Shown here: in pieces, positions 40,080 to 50,447 of the stretch
Position numbering within the stretch: the stretch's first letter is position 1
Layout: every line of letters begins with the position of its first letter
Assembly: GCA_036172245.1 (NCBI GenBank)
Contig: JAYWIR010000016.1
Coordinates: 2,480,001-2,544,000, forward strand
DNA from: Raillietiella orientalis
Taxonomy: Eukaryota
DNA length: 64,000 nucleotides
Direction: 5' to 3'
The notes under the pieces: model-generated
The model's input: the letters and a program-made list of their open reading frames with translations, nothing else
Databases searched by the model: none
Told to the model about the DNA's origin: nothing
Made by a program: the position numbers and the translations under genes

Positions 40080-40855
40080 GGCCTGCGTTGGCGGCCGCGC
40101 GGCTACAGTCACCTCGCGTGCCACCAAGCTTTGCGGCCTCGAATCCCGCCCCCGGGGAAGGATCGACGCCGAGGAATGGGGAGAGCGTCGCGAGTTTCGA
40201 GTTCCACCCTCAAGATATCACTGGTCGGCCTATCCAGGTGCGGCAGGGTGGAAACCGGACGCCCCCTTTGACTGGTCCGGACTGGAAGTTGACCCTCTAA
40301 GGAATCATGGAGTCCTTCATCGCGCACCATGGAGCTGGTTGATACCCCCTGGGGGATTGGCTGTCCAGAGGCAAGCCCGCTCGGCAAGGGCTCTCCGCTC
40401 CCTTCGCGGAGCGCCCTCCAGAGAAATTGGGAAGCGTCTCTTCAGAGGGGGAAACAAGGAGCAGTCCCTTGCGGGTTCTCTCTGGAGAAGAAACGAGGAG
40501 TGGACTTCTTCCGGGAAACCCCTCTGGATAGAACAAGGAAGAGATTTCCTTCGGAGACAACCAGGGTGAGAATCCCTTCGTGGTTCCCTTTCATGCGTAA
40601 GAGGAACGGACTCCTTCCTCCGGAGGATTCCTGGATTCATGGGGTTGTCCCCTTACGGAGTACCCTCTATAACTTGGAAAGCTACACGCACCCTCGGGTG
40701 GCGTGGGTGGTGTCAAAGAGCTTCGTGATCCCCCAGGCGAACAGTTCCGCAGCTTTCAGCGGACCAAAAAAAAGAAAACCCGAAAAAGAAGGAAAAAAAC
40801 AAAGCCGGAAGGAAAGCAGCGAAACACAAGAGCCTAAGAGGATTTCCAGTATCCC
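40080..40855 (+). mobile_element. tRNA-headed SINE-like element, copy C4
   Basis: GGCCTGCGTTGGCGGCC...TCGAATCCCGCCCCCGGGGAAGGATCGAC...GAGTTTCGAGTTCC, hairpin core, ACACGCACCCTCGGGTGGCGTGG...AAGAGCTTCGTG, A-rich tract. Confidence 0.85.
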
Positions 40856-41474
40856 AGAGCAATGTCAAAGATCTCCCCTTGAGGTCTCTGCTAGTCTATC
40901 CTTTTAAAACAAGAAAAAAGAAAAGAAAAGAAAGAAGCAAAGGAGCGGGTAAGTTCAGAGCGAGACGGCAAATGCTTCAACCAGCATCCAGCATCGTCCG
41001 GAAGCGCCAGAGAACCCAGAGGGGAGTTGCGGTGGCCGAACCCGCGCTCGAAAGGAAGGGAGAGAAGGAAGAGGAAGAGGAAGAAGAGGAGGAAAAACCC
41101 TCCTTTCTCCCTCCTGCGAGGGATTTCATCCCGCGACGACGACGAGGCTCGAAAGGTCGTGGCCGTCGGATGATCTCCCCTGAGGAGACTTTGTGCGAAG
41201 GAAGCCCAGTGGTCAGAATAACGCGTTCCTGGAGATGCGAGAGGTGGTGGACACTCGGACACCAACGCCTCGCGGCGCTCTTTGGATAGTCCTCCGCGCT
41301 TCGCTCCTCGGAAGCGACCAAGGACAAGTATGCGGCTTTCCTCCGTGGAGACTGCATGCTGGCTCCTACGCGTCCTCGCACCCGGAAGCGCCGGCGTTTT
41401 GCTCCACGGCTCCACGTGAGAGTAGACGTTTCCAGCGGGGAGATCCGTGGGAGCGCACGTCGTGGGATGGGCGA

Positions 41475-41580
41475 TGCCTGAGACAGCCTGGGCGGAACCC
41501 TCTGAGGGAAAGCCTCGTTTCGGACCACTGATAACCACTGATCTCAGCCTCAAACAGGGAAAACCTGCCGACTGAAAGTC
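41475..41580 (+). repeat. ~106-bp repeat R2, left copy (inverted partner 50342-50447)
   Basis: 38-bp perfect reverse-complement match 41475-41512 / 50410-50447; 9 mismatches over 106 bp by manual alignment. Confidence 0.9.
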
Positions 41581-43109
41581 TGGAAAGACGGGTGGGATAA
41601 CTTGGAAACTGACTTGAATATCCAAGTAACTCGGAGTATGCCTCTCTGCTGCTGTGCGCTACGTGGCAACCTGTGGCTTCCTGTGGCTACGGTCGTCAAG
41701 GCCGTCTGGCATGGTGGCCAAGCAAGCCCGAGGAGTTGTACGATCGAAAAAAGCAGGAAGAGGAAGGAGAGCTGGCACATGGACTCGAAGCAACCCAGCA
41801 GAATTCCGCAGGAAGTGTCCCCAGGTGGCTTTCTGCAGCCCTCCGCTAGGAGCAGCACCGACCGAAATTTTCGGGAATCCTCTCCAGCGCCGGCGTGGTC
41901 TAGGTCGACGGGACCACTCCGCGGTTCGGATCCTGCTAGCGAGACCAGCCGCATAGGCGCTCTTTGCGGGCCACGGAAAGATGCGCGTCTAGCCCCCTCC
42001 TCCGAGAGATCTGGAGGACCTGTAGTCGTCTTTGAGAGGCGATCCAGCGAGTCCACTCCCGGGAACAGGGAACCTGAGAGTTCTCAGATGCGTAGAATGC
42101 CCTGGAGATGAAAATCATTTCCGGAAAGCGACTCGGAAAATCAGGACGAGGGACGAAGTTTGGACTCGAGAGGAAGGCGCAACATCAGCGCGAAGCTCCT
42201 GGGCACTCGGCACCGCGGCTCCTTGCCGCTGAGCTGCAGCTGGGATGGCGAGGTCCCGCGTCCTCTGTGCAGATCCTCAGAGCCCACTCGAAGGGTTCAC
42301 TGCAATTCCGGGAAGAGAGTTCCGTTCGGCGGTTTCCTCCCGGCTTCAGGATGATCTGCAAGTCGAGTGCCTCCGCAGAGATGTGCGAACCCACTGCGAT
42401 CCCCAACTGCCCTGCGGGACCTTCAGGGATGGTTTGGACCCGCATCCGTCCGGGTTTTCTGGGTAGGCCGCCACTCGGACGAGCAACCTGCGCTACCTCC
42501 GGCGGGTATCTATCGACCCTCTTCCATTCGTAGGGGACTCCGTGGGAAACCCACGAGCTCTTTGTGGCTCGTGTCCTACCGACAGCGCGGCACGGTGGCG
42601 CGGCCGCTGTGCACCCTTGCCCAGTGGGAAGAGACGACCGCCCGCCGCCTTCCTGGAGTCGGGGGAGCGGCCGTCCTCAGAAGGCGTGTCGAATTCGGGA
42701 CGCATTTTGAATCGGAAGAGAAAGGCAGTAACGCGAGAGCCCGGATATCGGGACGGCTGCTGCGGATTCTGGAACGAGGATGTTCGCGAAAGCACACGGC
42801 CGCTTCGACCCCGAAGCTTAACAGGCATCCAGAGGGAAGGAGGAATTGATTCGCACACTTCGGGAAAGCCAGAGCGGCCGGGGCTCGACGGGAGCCCCTT
42901 TTTCGTGCTTCCAAGTGGGAAAGGAGAGCACGAGGAAAGGAAGGATGTTTTTTTTTTTTCCTACTTCGGGTGGGACATCAAGAACGCCGAGAAAAGCCAA
43001 GGATGACTTGTGCATGAGGTTGAAAACTGGCTGACGCATTGGAAAGTTCTGGGAGATACCCCTGGAAAAAAAAAAAAAAAAAAAAAGGGCCGGAGTTTCT
43101 GGATGCATG

Positions 43110-43800
43110 CCCGCGTCGGAGGCCACGTGCCTGCGGTCGCTGCGCGTGGCACCACCAAGCGTCGCGGGTTCGAATTCCTCCAGCAAGATGACGCTGGTTG
43201 CCTTCCATTCCGACGCAGCAGCACTGGTGGTGGTTCAAACCGGATGCCCCCGATAAGTGGCCGGGATTAAGAGTCGACCCTCCGAGGTCCTTCCTGGAAA
43301 CCGAATCAAGGAATCCGGTTCCCTTCGGGGAACCTTCCGCCTCGTACCACGCAGCTGGTGATTGGTGACACCTCTCCAAAGTGCAAAGAAGCGCGCCGCT
43401 CCCTTCGGGGAGCGCCCTTCTGAGAAATTTCGGAAGCGTCCCTTCGGGGTTCTCTTCAGAGAAGTAAACAGGAGCGGTTTCCTCTCGGGTTCCCTTCGGG
43501 GGTCCCTTCGGAGAGAGTAAGGAAGGAGATTTTCTCTTGGGAGGTTCCCCTTCGGAGACACCAGGCTCAAGGTTATTTCCCTTCAGAGATCCCTCCCCAG
43601 GCGTGACAGAAACGGGACTCCCTTCTCTGAAGCCCTTCCTGGACTCATAGGGTGGCTCCCTCCCGGGGCACCGCCAATCTTGAAGAGTTACACGCACCCT
43701 CGGGTGGAGTGGAAGAGCGTGAAAGAGCTTCGTGAGCTGCCGCTAGGCGCGACACGGTTCTTGAGGTGCTTAGCGAACCAAAAAATGAAAACCTGAAAGG
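43110..43800 (+). mobile_element. tRNA-headed SINE-like element, copy C5 (short-head type)
   Basis: B-box GGGTTCGAATTCC at ~43166, six CTTCGG motifs at 43323-43555, conserved 3' block at 43688-43735, A-rich tract after 43778. Confidence 0.85.
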
Positions 43801-45429
43801 AAAAAGCTTAATTTTTTTTTTCCCATCTTTCCCGGAGGAATACGACTTCCTTCTACTCGTTCGAACTGTCAACGGTTCCCTGTTGCCATCTCGTCTCGGA
43901 ATCTCGCTTCGGTCTCGTTCTTCCGGGATATTCCCGTTCGGCCTCCACGTGACCCGCCTCCTGCGTGGCCAAGACGCGGTCTTCTAACGGAGGTAGAATC
44001 CCCGATGGAGCCTCCGCATTCAACGCATGTCCTCGTGATCGGCATCAACTCATTTCTCACCACTGGCAGCAAAGATTCATCGCTCTTTCCGTATCCTCCT
44101 GAGCATAGATCGGCACTACTTTGGCGGCCTTAGCGAAGGGATGTCGCAATCCTCGTTCCGTTTTCCAAGTGCTCTCTCAGATGCGGATGCAGCATCCGGG
44201 GACCATCCTCCCGTATTGGTGAGGAGAGCACATCTGGAACTTCCCGCCACGAAGAGCTTGCCTTTCAGGCGTCCTCTTAAATCTCCCTACCCGGGGGGCT
44301 CACAAAACATCCTCTTTCCATCTTCTCTCCCATTTTCCCTTTTCGAAGTCGGAATCCACGGTCGATTTCCCTGATGTGAACGGGCACATTCTCATCACGA
44401 ATGAGGTCATCCTCCGCATCAACTCGGGCCGAGGCTTTTCATGCCGCATTGGTGCGCATCCTGTCGAGGAGTAAAAACCTGCCCTCGCCATCCAGAGTGC
44501 TCACGCATCCGGCCGAACCTGCTTAAGAGGGTGCACCGGAAACGCTCCAAGCGGGAGGCCCATCGGACTGATCCGCGACGGCTTCACAACCCCCACATCA
44601 GGGGGGTCACCGTCGAGGCCGCTTGCGAAACTTTTCTTCAGACTGGGGAACCCTCAGCTCCCTGTGGACCTCTCAGTCTCCCGCTTGGGTGCTGCCGCCG
44701 CTGCAGGATCATCCCAATCCCTGTCTCTGATTCTCGCAGTGGTTTCGAACTCATCCCTCAGAGACGTATTTCGGGAATACCCGCGTTCCCGCACGCCCCT
44801 CGCGTTCGAGCTGGGGAGCTCCCATGTCGAGGGTCAGCCGGCATCTCGAGTTCCCCCGAGATGACGCGGATCGGATGATTTAATGATCTACCGATACGTG
44901 GGTTCCCAATCCTCTCTTCTGAGCCTCGAGTGGAGCCCGTGAACTCGTTTTCCTTGGGAACCATCCTTCCCCTTACTCGCAAAGAGCTTCTTTCTAAACG
45001 ATCGGGATCGTTGGGGATGAATTTAGGATGTGCTCCTTCTTCGGAATTCTTGCATCGATTGGACTTCCTCATCAAAGCGAAACCAATAGATCCATTTCCA
45101 AAGGAACCGAACGTTCCAAGGGAAGCTTTCGTCCAGTATCGACGTGCCGTGAAAGAGATGAAGATGCGCAGTGTGGTTGTACTTCTTTCGGCCTGATGAT
45201 TGCTGTCTCGTATCCTCTTCCCCTTTAGTGCGTTTCACTGATTCGTTTCCTCACTGCATAAAATTAAAGCAATGAGGGAGGGAATCAAGGAGAGGAAGCG
45301 AAGACAGCAACGTGCCTGAACGGCGAGCCCGCGCGTTCATCCCCCCTTGCGTAATGAGGACCGGGAACTTTGATTCAAAGGACGATTGCTGTTGCTGCCG
45401 GGTCAACAGCCCCGTTGGCAGAATGCTCC

Positions 45430-45700
45430 CTCTTCTTCCTTTTCGTCGACAGACGAGTGTCGTGGAAAAAACAGCAGCCCACGGCGATCATTCAGGTGGT
45501 GTTTCCAAGTTGTGACGGTTGTATCCTCACAGATATCCGTGCAGCTCATAAACCTCGGGAAGAATTCGCGATCGAGTCGTTAAAGGAGTTGCCGATCAAT
45601 TACCGGCCGTTAATTTGCTTCCCGGGCTCCATACAGATTTCGGGCTTTATTGTGAGACCGTACCAGAGCAAAGTAGCACAATAAGGGAGACGTGGATGGC
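45430..45700 (+). mobile_element. Short decayed RT fragment
   Basis: VFPSC...HKP...PINYRPLIC in ORF 45370-45684 (cf. FPxxWK..HKPGK..PxNYRPISL). Confidence 0.35.
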
Positions 45701-46199
45701 ATGCTCAAGTTCTCCGACTCTTCTGTTTCCTCCGGAGTTTCGCCCCGCTGCGACTCTTTCGCCACGCTTTAAGCCCGCATCGGAATGTGTGAGGACCACG
45801 GAGACATCTCTGTTTCCGATCCGAGTCATCAATTTGCAGTTCGCTTTTCGTTCCCCGGGCGCGTTTCATGGCTCCACTCTGGCCTCCCGTCGTTCGGGCC
45901 GCCATCGCACTGGCGTGGACACGGCTGGACCTTTACTGGAGGACCATCTATGTTTTTCAAGGACAACTAACCAAAGCGGGTTCCACCCTTCCCGCCTGCG
46001 TGATGGATTCGGGCACTTTTTTTCTGAGAAACCGGAGCAGCAAGTCTGCAGGCCTTGGACGCGAAAGGATAATTTGCCTGCCCTGCTTCAGATTCCCTTG
46101 CTGCGTCCCCCTCTTCGCCTCCCTTCCCATTTTGTACCGTCCTAGCATCGTTCGAGTATTCACGAGCCGAGAAGTCCGTAAGCGAAGTCGTCCTTCCCT

Positions 46200-47350
46200 T
46201 TTCTTCCTTCACGTTCCAGCGCTTCACACTCTTGAATGAGCCTCTTCTGGATTCTTTCTGCTGTCTCCAGCTCCTTCCCCCTATCAGGGGTTCGTATCCT
46301 GAAAACATCACGAACTGGAAGATAAGTTACAAACGAGAGAAATATCTTGCGATCCAAGCAACGCTCACCCTGAGGATGCTGCTTTTCCACTGATCCTTTC
46401 CGATCTCCGGAAACCCTGTGGACATCGAAAGTGCAGATGTCGTCAAGGAAAGGGACCAGCACGAGCACGCGAAACACTCGTCCTTCGTGCAGCTCCTGAA
46501 AATCACCTCAGGAACGCAGCTTCCGGAGAATCACAAAGACTTGTGTTTCATCTCCAGGCACCACTTCCGAAACGAATGGGGATTTTGGATCCACGCTGCG
46601 TGAAGGATCCGTTCCCCAAGAAAAGGAAGAGGAGGCGGGTAAGGAAGAAGAAGGTAGGAGGAGGAAGAGGAAGAGGAGGAAGGAAGAAAGGAATAGGTGG
46701 AAGGGATCCTCAACAGCCTTCTTCTCTGAGGGATGAGTTCGATTCCCCGTCCGAGAAATGGATGCTTCGTGCGAAGACCACGAAACCTTACCCTTTGGCG
46801 ATGCCTACCTCTCGATAATGGTATGAGCGCTGCCAGTCTGATGCTTCGTCGGCAGTGCGGCGCTCTTCTGCTTGCTCTGCAAGTGGTTCGGACCTGCCGA
46901 AACTTCAGGTGGGCAATCGGCGAAGACACCCACCGCCGCCCACGAGCGGAACCCGGTGGAGGGATGAGGGCTGGCTGCTTTCCTGGAAGCGCAAGAACGG
47001 TCCATTTGAGAGCAGTAGGAAAGGTGACCGTGTCAATCTCCCCTCTGTCAAGCAGCAATCGAAGGCCTGCTTCGGGTCGACTGGTCCCGGGCTTGGGTTG
47101 GTGCTGGGAAATCCGAGGTGGGCGCGAGCGCGTGCGCTCGTGTCCCTGGAGAGTCCCGACCTAGCTGCACAGCTGATGACTTGCGACGAAGGACTCTGGA
47201 GCGACTTCGAGCGTGACCCCTTCTCCCACTTGATTCCCATACGATCTGACCAGAGGCGTCTCCCCAGAAACTGGTCCTCTCTCCAGACTCAGGCACGCTC
47301 CCATCTGTGTCCAAACTTTTCTCATCTTCCAGACTCCCCAGATTCTAGGA
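46200..47350 (-). mobile_element. Decayed CR1/Jockey-like RT relic
   Basis: VDPKQAFD..EGRLT..SNGPFLRF (cf. IDFxKAFD..LL..GPLLRW) near 47.0 kb; KIFLSFV...KELETAERIQKR (cf. YxxxVRP..KDIExLERIQKR) near 46.3 kb. Confidence 0.45.
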
Positions 47351-47479
47351 TCCCTTTCCCTCGTAAAGCGATTCTCCGTGTCATCGTCGGTTGCACCTGC
47401 CTGCTCCTAAATCCTCCTGTACTTTCCTTTTCACGTTGTCGCCTCACCGGACCTTCACCGGAATGTGGTCTGAAGGCGC

Positions 47480-48322
47480 CGGTTTTTTTTTTTTTTTATG
47501 GTTCTCAAGGAGTGCGGACGAACCGTTCGCCTCCTCGGAGGAAGGGAGGGGGGAGGGGACTCACGAAGCTCTTTCACGCTGTTCCACGCCACCCGAAGGT
47601 GCTTGTCACTCTTCACGTTAGGGGAGAAGGTGGGAGTGACGCTGAAGGAACCTATGAATCCAGGAAGACTCCAGGAAGGAGTGAGTTCCTCTTACGCTTG
47701 GAGAGGGATCCCTGAAGGGTGCCCTCGCCCTTTTTGTCTCCAAAGGGAGATCCCCTCTTCCTTATTTTCTCAGGAGGGATCCTTCGAAGGAGTCAACTCC
47801 CCACTTGTTTTCCGAAGGGAACCCTTAAAGGATCCCCTATTCGCATTTCTCCTTCGGAGGGAACCCGCAAGAGAGCTGCTCCTGGTTTCCTGCCCTAAAG
47901 AGAACCTCGAAGGAACACTTCTTAAATTCGGAGAAGGGCATCCCCGAAAGGAGCAGCGCTCTTCTTGCACTCTGGAGAGCCAACCCCGAGGGAGATATTA
48001 ACCAGCTCCATGGTCTGAGATGAAGGATTCCCACCTAGGAGTGGGGGGGAGAATAAGGTTTCATAACCGAAGGGAACTGGCTTCATGATTCCTGGAAGAA
48101 CCTTAGTGGGTCAACTTCCAGTCCCGACCAGTCAGCAGGAGCGTCCGGTTTCCACCAGTGCCGCACCTGAATACGCCGACCAGCATCATCTTGCAGGTGG
48201 GACTCGAAACTCTCGGTACTCTCCCCATTCCTCGGGGTCGATCCTTCCCTGGGGGCGGGATTCGAACCCGCAACGCCTGTTGACACGCGCGGAGGCCGTA
48301 GCCACACGGCTGCCAATGCGGT
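47480..48322 (-). mobile_element. tRNA-headed SINE-like element, copy C6
   Basis: Reverse complement: CGCATTGGCAGCCGTGTGGCTACGG (A-box-like), perfect T-arm GCGGG-TTCGAAT-CCCGC, second GAGTTTCGAGTCCC module, hairpin core, GCACCTTCGGGTGGCGTGG, poly(A) at 47483-47497. Confidence 0.85.
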
Positions 48323-49718
48323 CGTCAGGTCAAGGGGCGGAAATGAGACATTCAAAGAGGGAAAACGACACGTGTCCATTCAGTTTTCCCTGAGAGGGGC
48401 CCCGTAAAAACGAAGTTCAGATAGAAAGCCGAGCAGAGCGCGTCCAGAGACCCAATGTGAAGTCTTCGCTGACCTGACTCCCGAGCCAGGCTCGGTTCCT
48501 TCCGAGACCGACTCGTTGCCGGCCTTGAAAGAAAGTCTTGCGCGCTCGTCCGAGGTCAAAAAAGTGCAGCTGACCTTCCGTTGGCCGACCAGCCAGTCGA
48601 AAGCAGAGTCTTCCCGGGATGAACGCTGGAAGCAAGTTCGAGAGGAAAGGAACGTTACTCTTCTGATCCACTGATGAAAGGGATGCCCGAAGAGAGGCAC
48701 TCCAAGGAACGCTTCTGGAAACTGCTTTACGGCACTCTGTGCCTTCCCCGTGCTTGAACATCCGGGCGCTTGGGCGGTTAATTTCATTTATGATCTTACT
48801 GATCCAAATTTTCATCTGGCGGAATCGGTTTATTGTCCCTCTCTAACCTCCTCTCCGTTCCTCGGAATGGCATGCATTAACAAGCATTTTTCCACCTCTC
48901 CTCCGAACATCTCGGTGGGACCGCCAGCAGTGCCACCTGTCTGCAAAAGCGCAACGCGGGCGCGTGGAGAATGGGCCGGTGCGGAGTTGGTGTCAAAAGA
49001 CGAGTCGTGGCAAGGGCAGGCTGCAGGGTGAGAAACGAAGGGCATCCCTTCGGGAAGCGCCTTTGCTGAAGATGGTCTCTAGAGCTCTACAGGTCTTCCT
49101 CACGTGACGGAGGGAAACCTTGGATACCGAATGCGCCCATTGACGCTTACGTGACAGAGCACTTTCCGGTGAGTGGCATGCGGCGGCGTCGATTGAGGGA
49201 GTGCTCCGTGCCAGTGCTCGCAGCCTCATCAAAGGCACCATCGGGTGGGATGTACCGCTGATCCAGCGCAGCTGCCGTCAGTAGCATTCAGCTCAAGAAT
49301 CGCCTTGACTTTCCAAACGGAGACTACTCCACCCCTGTTCCTTCCTTCTGCTCCGGAGTCGAGTTCATCCCTGAGATCTTGTGCATCTCATTTGCGGTTC
49401 GATGACGTCCCCCCCTCCTTCCTTCCATGTTGTCTTCTCAATGACAGGCAGCGGGGAAACACCGTAGTCCTCTGTCCTGCGTGAAAAGATCGAGCGGAGA
49501 GCGTTTCCTTGCTTCCGGGACGCACGCAGAAGCCTTCCTTCGGCTCGAGAAGCTCAGATGGACGTTCCGTGGATGACCACTGAAAGGGAAGCACCGGAAC
49601 TCCTGGAATCGATGTCCTGCTGCAGCTACCGGTTCACGCCTCGCGATCCGGTGAACCTGAGCTTTGCCTTCCTCCTCTGCCTGTCTCTCCTCTTGGGGCT
49701 TCGTCGAGTGCCCCAATC

Positions 49719-50325
49719 CAAGAACCGTGTCGCGCCTAGCGGCAGCTCACGAAGCTCTTTCACGCTCTTCCACTCCACCCGAGGGTGCGTGTAACTCTTC
49801 AAGATTGGCGGTGCCCCGGGAGGGAGCCACCCTATGAGTCCAGGAAGGGCTTCAGAGAAGGGAGTCCCGTTTCTGTCACGCCTGGGGAGGGATCTCTGAA
49901 GGGAAATAACCTTGAGCCTGGTGTCTCCGAAGGGGAACCTCCCAAGAGAAAATCTCCTTCCTTACTCTCTCCGAAGGGACCCCCGAAGGGAACCCGAGAG
50001 GAAACCGCTCCTGTTTACTTCTCTGAAGAGAACCCCGAAGGGACGCTTCCGAAATTTCTCAGAAGGGCGCTCCCCGAAGGGAGCGGCGCGCTTCTTTGCA
50101 CTTTGGAGAGGTGTCACCAATCACCAGCTGCGTGGTACGAGGCGGAAGGTTCCCCGAAGGGAACCGGATTCCTTGATTCGGTTTCCAGGAAGGACCTCGG
50201 AGGGTCGACTCTTAATCCCGGCCACTTATCGGGGGCATCCGGTTTGAACCGCCACCAGTGCTGCTGCGTCGGAATGGAAGGCAACCAGCGTCATCTTGCG
50301 GGAGTAACTCGAACCCACGATGCAC
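49719..50325 (-). mobile_element. SINE-like element copy C7; 581 bp nearly identical to C5 in inverted orientation
   Basis: 49719-50299 is the reverse complement of 43183-43763 with one mismatch. The track ORFs 42978-43697(-) and 49785-50372(+) match over the shared part except for one H/R change. Confidence 0.95.
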
Positions 50326-50341
50326 CCACACCCACCTCCAT

Positions 50342-50447
50342 GGCTTTCAGCCGGCAGGCTTTCCCTGTTTGAGGCTGAGATTAGTGGTTATCACTGGTTC
50401 AAGACGAGACTTTCCCTCAGAGGGTTCCGCCCAGGCTGTCTCAGGCA
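50342..50447 (-). repeat. ~106-bp repeat R2, right copy
   Basis: Reverse complement of 41475-41580; abuts the 5' end of SINE copy C7. Confidence 0.9.

Noticed and set aside
41510..41552. Hammerhead-like CTGAGA...GAAAC on the minus strand of R2, and HDV-like GAATGGGG in SINE heads
   Set aside because: The core lacks the CUGANGA spacing and a stem III/cleavage triplet, and GAAA is absent in the second R2 copy. No conserved HDV pseudoknot pairing across heads.
48250..48322. Functional tRNA genes at SINE heads (also ~25800-25850)
   Set aside because: Only the T-arm/B-box is intact; no consistent acceptor or anticodon stems across copies.
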